DNA from: an uncultured bacterium
Lineage (GTDB): Bacteria > Patescibacteriota > Minisyncoccia > Phycocordibacterales > GWA1-40-21
Assembly (NCBI GenBank): GCA_963716205.1
Contig: OY970290.1
Location: forward strand, 584,823-648,822
Length of the DNA: 64,000 nt
Direction of reading: 5' to 3'
Under the pieces are notes generated by a model. The model was not told the DNA's origin. It saw only the letters and a list, made by a program, of their open reading frames with translations, and did no database searches. The position numbers and the translations under genes are program-made. Shown piece after piece: positions 40,816-49,116 of this stretch (position 1 is the first letter of the stretch; every line of letters begins with the position of its first letter).

Positions 40816-41325
40816 CTATCTTTCGTCCACTACTCGAAATTTTCTAGGTATATCAGATGGTCGTGCATATCGTTCGGAACGTGGACCATTTACGGTTTCA
40901 TCTAACGCCTTTGCGCCAGGTCTCGTTCCCCGTCTTTCAAGAGCGTTAATCTTTTTCGCTTGTTCCCTAATCCTGACGAACGAAAGATTTATCTCGATGT
41001 GCGTGCCTTTGTCATTCCTGCATGAATAGGAATCATAGATAAATTTCTTGTCAAAATACGGATATAAAATACGATAAATCACATGATGCAGAAGTCTGTC
41101 TCGCACGACCGCCTTGTGTATGCTTCTCGGTTTCGGATCGTTGATAGCAAATGCTTTATAGCCGGAATGAACGTATGTTTTGTTTTTCAAATCATCATGC
41201 AGACTTGCAATATTTTTTGAGAGTTGAAGCGCATATTCTGCCACATCATTTTTATATCGTTTGTCAGAAACAAATTCCCGCCATGCTTGGTGAATATTTG
41301 TCAGAGATATGATAGTATCGTACAT
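40816..41325 (-). pseudogene. DGR-type reverse transcriptase, N-terminal fragment (motifs 1-2 only; no YxDD)
   Basis: MYDTIISLTNIHQAWREFVSDKRYKNDVAEYALQLSKNIASLHDDLKNKTYVHSGYKAFAINDPKPRSIHKAVVRDRLLHHVIYRILYPYFDKKFIYDSYSCRNDKGTH follows the DGR/retron RT pattern (...FRDRVVHHAL...SYACRKGKGTH). After this point the ORF diverges and stops, and a terminator hairpin lies at 40758-40782. Confidence 0.6.
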
Positions 41326-41360
41326 GTTGGAAAAAATACTATACCACAAAAATACCATGA

Positions 41361-41732
41361 ATGTTGCCCCCCCCCCGCAAATCGCCAGTTGTCGTTGCAA
41401 AAGAAAAAGAAGCGTATCAATTTTGGCTTAGTCTCCACAGAAATTTTCCCAAGTCTGAACGCTTTGGTATCGGACAGAAAATAGAAAATACGTTTTTAGA
41501 CATTTTAGAATATAGCTTTGCATCAGTGTATCTGTCGCCGGAACCGAAAATTATCTTGCTCACAAAGACAATATCAAAACTAGATACCTTGAAATTCTTT
41601 GTTCAGCTTGCTTGGGAAAGTAAACTGATACCGGAAGAAAAATACATTGAATTTTCTGAAAAATTAGAGGAAATTGGAAAAATGCTCGGCGGATGGAAAC
41701 GCGGATTGCAACAAAAAACTCCCGCCAAATAG
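41361..41732 (+). CDS. avd: Avd-like four-helix-bundle protein (DGR accessory variability determinant)
   Basis: ...FPKSERFGIGQKIENTFLDILEYSFASVY... and ...KLDTLKFFVQLAWESKLIPEEKYIEFSEKLEEIGKMLGGW match the four-helix-bundle (23S rRNA IVS protein / bAvd) family. It sits between the TR and the RT gene on the opposite strand. A C10 run lies at 41367-41376, right after the start codon. Confidence 0.55.
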   Translation: MLPPPRKSPVVVAKEKEAYQFWLSLHRNFPKSERFGIGQKIENTFLDILEYSFASVYLSPEPKIILLTKTISKLDTLKFFVQLAWESKLIPEEKYIEFSEKLEEIGKMLGGWKRGLQQKTPAK

Positions 41733-41750
41733 ACGGGAGAAAATGAATGA

Positions 41751-41866
41751 GTTTCGGAACCACGATCCGATGCCTGTTCTCGGCATTCCAGACGTTGTCG
41801 TTCGACAAACGATTGACGTTCACGTTGAGCCCATCGGAGTTCACGTTCACGTTCGCCACGAAATTT
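41751..41866 (-). repeat. DGR template repeat (TR), 116 nt
   Basis: Near-identical to 42204-42319. On the minus (sense) strand it encodes NFVANVNVNSDGLNVNVNRLSNDNVWNAENRHRIVVPKL with 10 AAY Asn codons. Confidence 0.7.
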
Positions 41867-42199
41867 TGTGCAATGTTCCTCCTATTCCACCATCCGCCAA
41901 ACCATGACAGATTGTATCTTATGCGGGACCTCAAAGTCCTCTGAAATATTGCACCAACTTTATTTATTTTTATAAGATATCCGTATCATCCACTCTTTTA
42001 CAAGACGTATCCGGTAAAATTCTCAAACGATACAGACATGCAATTGCAGTCTCAAGCCGTAGCCGGAGACATCTAGAATTGCTTTTTCATTATATATGAA
42101 AAATAAAAAATTAAAATAAAAAACCCCTCGATCCTGCTTGCGCAAAATCGAAGGGTCAAAGTGTCCAAGTCCCAAAGGGACAAGAACGAAGTGTTGAAG

Positions 42200-42922
42200 T
42201 TACAGTTGCGGAACCACGACCCGAGGCCTGTACCCGGCATCCCAGACGTAGTCGTAAGACAAACGAAAGACGTGCACGTAGAGCCCATCGGAGTACACGT
42301 CCACGTCCGCCACGAAATAATCCTTCCCAACTTTGAAGAGGAAGAAAGTTCCGTAACCATCGGTACGAAGCCACTTGGCGTGCTTCTTGCAGAACTGCTT
42401 GATCTGGGCCTGAGTCAGACACAGACGATCGAGGTTTTCTCCAAAACTTCCGAAGATCGCCTTGAAGTCGCCGTCCTGCGTCATCTCAAACACGTGGGTT
42501 TTCACCCGCTTGGTCGCTTCAGCCGGAACATCAAGACCCCAGTTTTTGAAGTCGGAGTCGATATAATCGGGGAAAACGTCCTTGGCGTTCGCGATAGTTT
42601 CCGTGCCGTCTGTCGGATCAAGAACGGTGTCCTTGCCGAGAGAAATGCACGTGAGATGGCTGGTTTTGAGCTCGATGGATTCGGCAAAGAATTTTTCCAT
42701 CGCATCCTCGATCGCCGAATTGAGCTTGCCATCCGCTTGAATCCGCTGAACAGCCGATCTGTCGAGGGCTTTCGAAAACTTGCTAACCGCCCTCTTTACC
42801 CCTCTTCGTCCGGCTTTCTCGCCCCGACTCACGAGATCCTTCATCTGCTCGGATGTAATCAATGACTTAGCCATTGTTATCATCCTCCTTTTCTGAATTT
42901 TACTTCGCGTGGTTTTCACCAC
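42200..42922 (-). CDS. DGR target protein; VR at extreme C-terminus (CLec/FGE-like tail ...GYRPRVVVPQL)
   Basis: 240 aa. The last 38 aa (YFVADVDVYSDGLYVHVFRLSYDYVWDAGYRPRVVVPQL*) are encoded by the VR. Confidence 0.55.
   Translation of the reverse strand: MVKTTRSKIQKRRMITMAKSLITSEQMKDLVSRGEKAGRRGVKRAVSKFSKALDRSAVQRIQADGKLNSAIEDAMEKFFAESIELKTSHLTCISLGKDTVLDPTDGTETIANAKDVFPDYIDSDFKNWGLDVPAEATKRVKTHVFEMTQDGDFKAIFGSFGENLDRLCLTQAQIKQFCKKHAKWLRTDGYGTFFLFKVGKDYFVADVDVYSDGLYVHVFRLSYDYVWDAGYRPRVVVPQL
42204..42319 (-). repeat. DGR variable repeat (VR), 116 nt
   Basis: 17 mismatches against the TR. 16 of them lie at positions where the TR sense strand has A. Confidence 0.7.
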
Positions 42923-43271
42923 AGCTTTGAATTGACCTGTTGGATCAGCTCAAAGCTGTAGTGAAATACAACTGTTTTTAAGGTTCTTATCTACTTACAA
43001 TTGTACACCTTTTTAATATATCTGTCAAGAATAGCTATACTCCCTTAGAAATAAGCTAGATTTGGCTATGATACTACATATTTTTTCAGATCCGGAATAT
43101 AAATATACCTATTCTCTTCCTGAAAAATCGTACGGACTGCCATCACGGTGTCCCACATTAAAAAATAAACTCATATTCATAAATATGAGTTTATTTTTTT
43201 AAAATCTTGACACCAATATAATATATGTGTTAGTATTCTAACAAGTTGCTCTTACAAAAAAGGAGAACCGC

Positions 43272-43505
43272 ATGTCTATTCACACAGGTCAGCTCATCAA
43301 GACAACTGAAACACTTGGGGATTTGAAAAATGCCCATGTTGCAGAAAAACATATTCGAGCTCGCACACCGAATTGTTTTGGAACCGTATTTTCTGAACGG
43401 CCAAAGGAAAGGCTTGTCTATGTTAAACATGTAAACAAGCCTGATCTCGCCGTGTATGAACGCGGTGAATTATCTTCAGCCGAACAATTTTTGCAGGTTT
43501 CTTAA
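43272..43505 (+). CDS. hypothetical protein
   Basis: 77 aa. A TTGACA-17-TGnTAGTAT promoter-like element lies at about 43206-43240 and a terminator follows. Confidence 0.3.
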   Translation: MSIHTGQLIKTTETLGDLKNAHVAEKHIRARTPNCFGTVFSERPKERLVYVKHVNKPDLAVYERGELSSAEQFLQVS

Positions 43506-43519
43506 GAAATAAGCCCTGC

Positions 43520-43556
43520 AAAAAACCGCCCGACACAATGTCCGGCGGTTTTTTAT
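43520..43556 (+). terminator. Rho-independent terminator
   Basis: accgcccgaca-caat-gtccggcggt followed by a T-run. Confidence 0.55.
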
Positions 43557-43674
43557 TATATTTTTCATTACGTAAGGGAAAAATAAGAATATCCACAGCT
43601 ATTGACAATATTAATATAATGATATAAAATATAAATAAAGCTGTTCTTCGTAAATTTAAAAAACGAGGTGGAGT

Positions 43675-44388
43675 GTGAAAAACATTTTCATGCTGTTCCT
43701 GCTGACGTTTAGCGTTTTGTCCACCGGCTGCATTTATAGAGTGGTCTATGGACCAAGAGTCTATGACATTTATGGACAAGACACTCCTGCTGCCGCGAGA
43801 ATTCGTTTTTATCAGCAACATCCAGAATTTAAGGATGATGTGATAGATGATGGAATAACGGGCATTGTGCCGGGACCAAATGGCTGGATAATTAGTCATC
43901 ATAAAAAAGATGCTAGTCCTGCCGTTCCCCGTCCTCAAAGCTTAAAGCCTGCAGTTAAAGCTAGAGAATGGGTAAATGTTCCTGATGGATATTTTCAGCC
44001 GCCGCTCGATGGTCCAATTGAAATCAATTGGAAAAAAGGACTTCATGGCAAGGGAAACACCGGCTATGATTTGTTCGCCAAAAAAGGATCGCGTGTCAAA
44101 TCGTCGGCTGCCGGCAAAGTAATTGTTGCATCAACGGGATGGAATGATGGATCGGGATATTTGATCCGGATTTTACATCCGAATGGAACCATTACGGCTT
44201 ATTGCCACCTTTCCCAAATTGATGTTTGGAAAGGACAAGAAGTTTTCCAAGGACAAACCATAGGACTCTCTGGAAACAGCGGAAACGTAAGCAGTGATTG
44301 CGGTGGAGATGGATCTCACCTGCATTTTGCGGTTTACTATACGGAAAATCCAGCTCCAAAATGGGAGTCGCGTTACGCTTCTCGTTAA
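43675..44388 (+). CDS. M23-family peptidase lipoprotein
   Basis: Lipobox LSTGC, LytM motifs ...HxxxD... and SHLHFAV. Confidence 0.7.
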   Translation: MKNIFMLFLLTFSVLSTGCIYRVVYGPRVYDIYGQDTPAAARIRFYQQHPEFKDDVIDDGITGIVPGPNGWIISHHKKDASPAVPRPQSLKPAVKAREWVNVPDGYFQPPLDGPIEINWKKGLHGKGNTGYDLFAKKGSRVKSSAAGKVIVASTGWNDGSGYLIRILHPNGTITAYCHLSQIDVWKGQEVFQGQTIGLSGNSGNVSSDCGGDGSHLHFAVYYTENPAPKWESRYASR

Positions 44389-44400
44389 TTGTGTTTAGGA

Positions 44401-44440
44401 AAAAGGGATCGTGATTCGTCACGGTCCCTCTTTTTATTTT
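44401..44440. terminator. bidirectional terminator
   Basis: gggatcgtgattcgtcacggtccc flanked by A- and T-runs, between convergent genes. Confidence 0.55.
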
Positions 44441-45060
44441 TATATCTTTCCAACAAGATCAAGTCCGGGTGATAAAGTATCATCTCCTGGCTCCCAGCTT
44501 GCCGGACAAACTTTGCCGCCGTGTGTGGCAACAAACTGCGCAGCTTGGAGCTTTCTGAATAATTCTTTTGCAGATCTGCCGATGGAATTATCATTGATCT
44601 CCATCGATTTCAAAACTCCGTCCGGGTCGATGACAAATGTTCCTCGCAGAGAAACTCCCTCGGACGGAATATATGTGCCGAACATTTCCGACAGCTCATG
44701 CGTCGCATCGGAAAGCATCGGGAATTTTACTTTCTTGATAGCCGGAGATGTATCATGCCACGCTTTGTGCACTTCGACGGTATCGACGGAAACAGAAAGT
44801 ATTTCAGTATTTAATTTTTTAAATTTGTCATAATAATCCGCCATCTCTTCAAGCTCGGTCGGGCAGATGAATGTAAAATCTTTCGGATAGAAAAATACTA
44901 TTACCCATTTTCCGCTAAAATCGGAAAACTTGATATTTTTTTCTTTTCCTGCATGCAAAGCTTTCGCTTCAAAATCTGCAACTTTCTGGCCGACTTCCAC
45001 CAAAAAAGATTCTCCGCACATGTCGCATCCCCCACCGCACATTGTGTTATCTTTGCTCAT
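44440..45060 (-). CDS. peroxiredoxin (AhpC/Prx1 family) with Cys-rich N-terminal extension
   Basis: FTFICPTELEEM peroxidatic Cys motif and a resolving Cys near the C-terminus. The N-terminus is MSKDNTMCGGGCDMCGE. Confidence 0.8.
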   Translation of the reverse strand: MSKDNTMCGGGCDMCGESFLVEVGQKVADFEAKALHAGKEKNIKFSDFSGKWVIVFFYPKDFTFICPTELEEMADYYDKFKKLNTEILSVSVDTVEVHKAWHDTSPAIKKVKFPMLSDATHELSEMFGTYIPSEGVSLRGTFVIDPDGVLKSMEINDNSIGRSAKELFRKLQAAQFVATHGGKVCPASWEPGDDTLSPGLDLVGKI

Positions 45061-45106
45061 AAATTTTTATATTGTATTAATTAGTAATATAAAAAGTATA
45101 TCAAAT

Positions 45107-45772
45107 ATGCTAGAATTGTTGAAATCGCCAGATTTTATGAATTTAAAATACAAACTTATCCTTCTTACACTTCTCGTTATCGTTTTTTGTGCGATTCTTT
45201 TTGGCATAACGGCACATAATCAGCTTGTAATGAATTTTGACGCCGAAACCGCGCAATTATTTTCCACATTTCATTCTTCTTTTCTCGATAATTTCGCCCT
45301 TGCCATTACTCAAGTCGGCAATACGTATCCAACAGCGATTATTTTTTTGATTCTCGGGCTTTTCCTGATTATAAAAAAGAAAAAATATTCGTTTTATATT
45401 TTTTCGATAGCGACCGGACTCGGCATCACGCTCGTCGAAGCGATGAAAGTCAGTATTGAGCGCATCCGCCCGCCGATGCATCTTTTGATTGAAACCGGAT
45501 ACAGCTTTCCGAGCGGCCACTCGACCATTTCCACGATTTATTTGCTTTCGGCGATTATTCTCATCGCTCCGCTTCTTGCAAACCGCTTTTCAAAAATCGT
45601 TTGGATAACGCTTTGCTCGATTATTTTTCCGCTTGTCGCGCTTTCACGGATTTATCTTTCTGTTCATTTTGCTTCTGATGTCGCAGCCGGCATCATTCTC
45701 GGCGCAGCATGCTTCCTTTTTGCCAACACCGTCACATTCCACCATCATTCCTACAAAAAAGAAGCCGAGTGA
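45107..45772 (+). CDS. PAP2-family phosphatase (undecaprenyl-diphosphatase-like)
   Basis: KxxxxxxRP (...IERIRPP), PSGH and SRxxxxxHxxxD (SRIYLSVHFASD) motifs, with 6 TM helices. Confidence 0.7.
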   Translation: MLELLKSPDFMNLKYKLILLTLLVIVFCAILFGITAHNQLVMNFDAETAQLFSTFHSSFLDNFALAITQVGNTYPTAIIFLILGLFLIIKKKKYSFYIFSIATGLGITLVEAMKVSIERIRPPMHLLIETGYSFPSGHSTISTIYLLSAIILIAPLLANRFSKIVWITLCSIIFPLVALSRIYLSVHFASDVAAGIILGAACFLFANTVTFHHHSYKKEAE

Positions 45773-45875
45773 CATCGTTGCCAGAAAAAATAAAATATGC
45801 TATAAATAGCTTCTAACGCAGTCTATTGGGGGTTGTGAAAAATGCACGCTTTCAATACGTTATTTTTAAAAAACT

Positions 45876-46397
45876 TTGAGCATAAAAGTAAGAATCAATC
45901 ATCAGATACGGGTCCCGGAAGTCCGCGTCATTACCGACGACGGAGACAATCTTGGAGTCATGTCTGTGGGAGACGCTTTGAAAAAGGCCGAGGAAATGGG
46001 TTTGGACCTGATAGAAATATCGCCGAATGCCGTTCCTCCGGTTGCAAAAATAACTGACTACGGTAGATTTCAGTACGCTGAAAATAAAAAACTCAAGGAT
46101 TCAAAGGCAAAATCGCAGAGTATTGAAATAAAAAGTATTCAGGTCAAGATCGCAACTGACGAGCACGACCTCGCCATGAAGGCGGCAAAAGCGTCAGAGT
46201 GGCTTCGGGAAGGACATCGCGTGCGACTCAATTTATTTCTCTCGGGACGGGCGAAATATCTTGAAAAGAATTTCTTGCAGGAAAGAATGGAAAGGATTTT
46301 GAAGATGATTACGGAAGAATTCAAAATCTCCGAAGCTCCGCAGAAAAGTCCGAAAGGATTGACCATGCTGATAGAGAAAGCGACAAAAAAAGTTTAA
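45876..46397 (+). CDS. infC: translation initiation factor IF-3
   Basis: ...IRVPEVRVITDDGDNLGVMSVGDALKKAEEMGLDLIEISPNAVPPVAKITDYGRFQY... The true start may be a non-ATG codon upstream. Confidence 0.8.
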   Translation: MSIKVRINHQIRVPEVRVITDDGDNLGVMSVGDALKKAEEMGLDLIEISPNAVPPVAKITDYGRFQYAENKKLKDSKAKSQSIEIKSIQVKIATDEHDLAMKAAKASEWLREGHRVRLNLFLSGRAKYLEKNFLQERMERILKMITEEFKISEAPQKSPKGLTMLIEKATKKV

Positions 46398-46406
46398 ATA
46401 AAAAAT

Positions 46407-46598
46407 ATGAAAACAAATAAATCATTTACCAAAAGATTAAAAGTGACGAAGAATGGCAAGATTCTCGGAAGACGCGCCGGGCAGAATCATTTCAATGCAA
46501 AAGAAAGCCGCAACACGCAGCTGAAGAAAAAGAAATTCATGGCAATGCACTTCACATCGAGAAACAAAGCGAGATTTTTGCCGGGAAGATTCAAATAA
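46407..46598 (+). CDS. rpmI: 50S ribosomal protein L35
   Basis: 63 aa basic protein in the infC-rpmI-rplT position. Confidence 0.65.
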   Translation: MKTNKSFTKRLKVTKNGKILGRRAGQNHFNAKESRNTQLKKKKFMAMHFTSRNKARFLPGRFK

Positions 46599-46622
46599 AT
46601 TTAAAAATAATAATACACAATC

Positions 46623-46967
46623 ATGACGAGAGTAAAGCGAGGAACGATGAAGAATAAGACGAGAAAGGGCATCTTGGCGATGACCAAGGGTTATCGTCTG
46701 AACCGAAGAAACAAAGAAGCATCCGCGATCGATGCGATCATGCATGCCGGAGCAAGCGCATTTGATCATCGAAGAGACAAGAAAGGAGATTTCCGAAGAT
46801 TGTGGAACGTTCGCATTAATGCGGCATTGCGGGAAAATGGAACGACATACAGCAAATTCATCGGCACTTTGAAAAAGAAAAATATAGAAGTCGACAGAAA
46901 AATCCTTTCCACATTGGCAAATGAAAATCCGGAGACATTCAAAAGAATTGTAGCTCAAGTAAAATAA
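46623..46967 (+). CDS. rplT: 50S ribosomal protein L20
   Basis: MTRVKRG...RLWNVRINAA...YSKFIGTLKKKNIEVDRKIL. Confidence 0.85.
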   Translation: MTRVKRGTMKNKTRKGILAMTKGYRLNRRNKEASAIDAIMHAGASAFDHRRDKKGDFRRLWNVRINAALRENGTTYSKFIGTLKKKNIEVDRKILSTLANENPETFKRIVAQVK

Positions 46968-46987
46968 ATCAGATAAAAAATCAAAAG

Positions 46988-47021
46988 AAAAAAGGCGAAC
47001 CGCAAGCGGTTCGCCTTTTTG
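46988..47021. terminator. bidirectional terminator (perfect hairpin ggcgaaccgc-aa-gcggttcgcc)
   Basis: A-run, stem, T-run. Confidence 0.6.
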
Positions 47022-47040
47022 AAAAAACTTTGAAACAAAA

Positions 47041-47664
47041 TTAAACTGTGGCAACCTGCGGAGTGGGGAAAAATCGTTTATACAGCTTGTCGATCAAGCT
47101 CTTAGTGTCGTAATACACACCGTTGACATGGAGGTTTTCCGGCGACAAATCCGGTAAAATAAGCTTTTCTAACATCTTGCCTGACTTGTAAACGTAATGT
47201 ACTCCGCCATCTGTGGTGCCCACTTGAGAAGCGGAAAAACTTTCCACATCTCTTCCGTTTATGTGCACATGCTGGACAGAACAACCGTGCGTTTCTGCCT
47301 GAAAACCATTGTGAGCTAATTGTTCATTCAAACACTGCGGGCATGCACGGTAAAGAACAGAAAATGAAATATTTACGGAAGAATACCCGCTTTCAATTTG
47401 TTCTCTGCCTTCTGTCAAAACGAGGGTCATTTCCTGTTCGGGAAAAACTTTCATACAGAGCGTGCACCAGTTGAGGTGCTCTTCTTGCAACTTCGTCTTC
47501 ACAAGAAGCGCGCGAAAATCAAAATATTTCTTTTTGCTTTCGCGCGAGCCTATCTCCATGGAATCACGTTTTGATGTAAGTTCTTCCAGGGTTTCTGCAT
47601 CCTGATCCATCCGATTTTCCAACGATTTAAGCTCAATCACCATCAAATCAATTTCAGAGGACAT
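47041..47664 (-). CDS. hypothetical protein with N-terminal coiled coil and two CxxC pairs
   Basis: WCTLCMKVF ... ACPQCLNEQ. Confidence 0.4.
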   Translation of the reverse strand: MSSEIDLMVIELKSLENRMDQDAETLEELTSKRDSMEIGSRESKKKYFDFRALLVKTKLQEEHLNWCTLCMKVFPEQEMTLVLTEGREQIESGYSSVNISFSVLYRACPQCLNEQLAHNGFQAETHGCSVQHVHINGRDVESFSASQVGTTDGGVHYVYKSGKMLEKLILPDLSPENLHVNGVYYDTKSLIDKLYKRFFPTPQVATV

Positions 47665-47742
47665 TAGAAAACTCCTTTTGTTTTTTGTTTCAATTTAAAA
47701 GAACCGCCTTTGATTTGATAATAAAGGAAAAATTTGACTTTG

Positions 47743-49116
47743 TCAATCAAGCTCCACACTCTCTCCATATTCCGGATATTCGGCTTTCACATCAAGCTCA
47801 TCACGCAGGCGCTGGACCAAAAATAATGAGGATTTCGGCTCGCCCATGACCGTAAAAACTTTCTTCAAATCCCCGCCTTTTGCCGCATCTTCGACAAATG
47901 AGACGAGGTGGTCAGAATCTTTGTGCGAAGAATATCCTTCAATCTTTGCAATTTTTGCCTTCACAATAATTTCTTCATTATCTATTTTGACCATTTTGGC
48001 TCCGTCTTCAAGCTGTCTGCCCAAAGTTCCCGTCGCTTGGTATCCGACAAGCAGTATCGTGGCGCTCGCATCTCCCGCATGATCTTTTTCATGCTGGACA
48101 ATTCTTCCGCCGTTTGACATTCCGCTTCCCGCCATAATGATTTTCGGATTCGGCGTCTCATCTATTTTTTTCGATTCCCACACCATCGGCGTATCTTTTA
48201 ATTTGGGAAATTTGAATACGTCATCTCCCGTTTTTATTTCGTCGCGTACTTTTTGATTCAAATAGCTTTTGTATTTTTCATAGATGCCCGTCACCTTGAT
48301 AGCAAGCGGCGAATCGAGAAATACCGGAATTTGTTTGACTTCTTCATTCATGAAAAATTCATTCATTTCGTAGAGCATCATCTGGGTGCGCTCGACGGAA
48401 AACGATGGGATGATCAGAAGTTTTTTGTTTGCAATCGTATCGGAAATTACATCTTTCAATTCTTTTCGTCTTTGATCTTTTGGCTCGTGATTGCGGTCGC
48501 CATACACGCTTTCCATAATAATATAATTTGCATCCGTAATTTGTTCCGTGTCATTCAAAAGAAGCGATGGAGAATTACCGAGATCTCCGGTAAAGACCGC
48601 TTTTATTTTCCCATCGCTGACTTCCACCATTGATGCGCCGAGAATATGTCCGGCATCGCGCAAATAAATGGAAACTCCGGCATCAAGAGCAAAATGTTCG
48701 TGATACGGCAATGTATTCCACAGCGTCATAGCCATTTCCAAATCTTTTTTCTCAAAAAGTGAAAGTGTGCCGTCTTTTCTCGCCTCGCTTTCCAAAATTC
48801 CGAGCGTATCTTCCAAAAGAAGCTCTGCGATTTCTTTTGTCGGCGGAGTGCTGAAAATTTTTCCGCGGAAACCCTCCTTCACAATCTTCGGTATCCTGCC
48901 GATATGATCAATATGTGCATGCGTGATGATGAGAAAATCTATTTCGCTCGGCTGATAAGGAAACGGCGCCTGATTAAATCTGTGGGCGACATCCGTTCCC
49001 TGCATCATGCCGCAATCAATGAGAAGTTTGATATTTTTCCCGCTTGCATCCGTATGCTCCACCAGAAAATTCGCCCCCGTCACCGAACCCGTTCCGCCGT
49101 AAAAAGTTACTTTCAT
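47743..49116 (-). CDS. MBL-fold beta-CASP hydrolase, RNase J-like (lacks long C-terminal domain)
   Basis: HAHIDH motif, plus beta-CASP Asp/His motifs. 457 aa. Confidence 0.6.
   Translation of the reverse strand: MKVTFYGGTGSVTGANFLVEHTDASGKNIKLLIDCGMMQGTDVAHRFNQAPFPYQPSEIDFLIITHAHIDHIGRIPKIVKEGFRGKIFSTPPTKEIAELLLEDTLGILESEARKDGTLSLFEKKDLEMAMTLWNTLPYHEHFALDAGVSIYLRDAGHILGASMVEVSDGKIKAVFTGDLGNSPSLLLNDTEQITDANYIIMESVYGDRNHEPKDQRRKELKDVISDTIANKKLLIIPSFSVERTQMMLYEMNEFFMNEEVKQIPVFLDSPLAIKVTGIYEKYKSYLNQKVRDEIKTGDDVFKFPKLKDTPMVWESKKIDETPNPKIIMAGSGMSNGGRIVQHEKDHAGDASATILLVGYQATGTLGRQLEDGAKMVKIDNEEIIVKAKIAKIEGYSSHKDSDHLVSFVEDAAKGGDLKKVFTVMGEPKSSLFLVQRLRDELDVKAEYPEYGESVELD

Noticed and set aside
41560-41934. 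124-aa minus-strand ORF
   Set aside because: It is the translation of the DGR template repeat plus flanking non-coding DNA. A TR is normally non-coding, and the downstream part of the ORF reads as nonsense-like.
42161-42865. 234-aa plus-strand ORF covering the VR region
   Set aside because: The adenine-specific TR/VR mismatches define the minus strand as sense. The minus-strand ORF ends exactly 2 nt after the VR with a CLec-like tail. The plus frame is taken as antisense shadow.
46437-47054. 205-aa minus-strand ORF
   Set aside because: Antisense across rpmI-rplT, which are clearly the real genes. No motifs.
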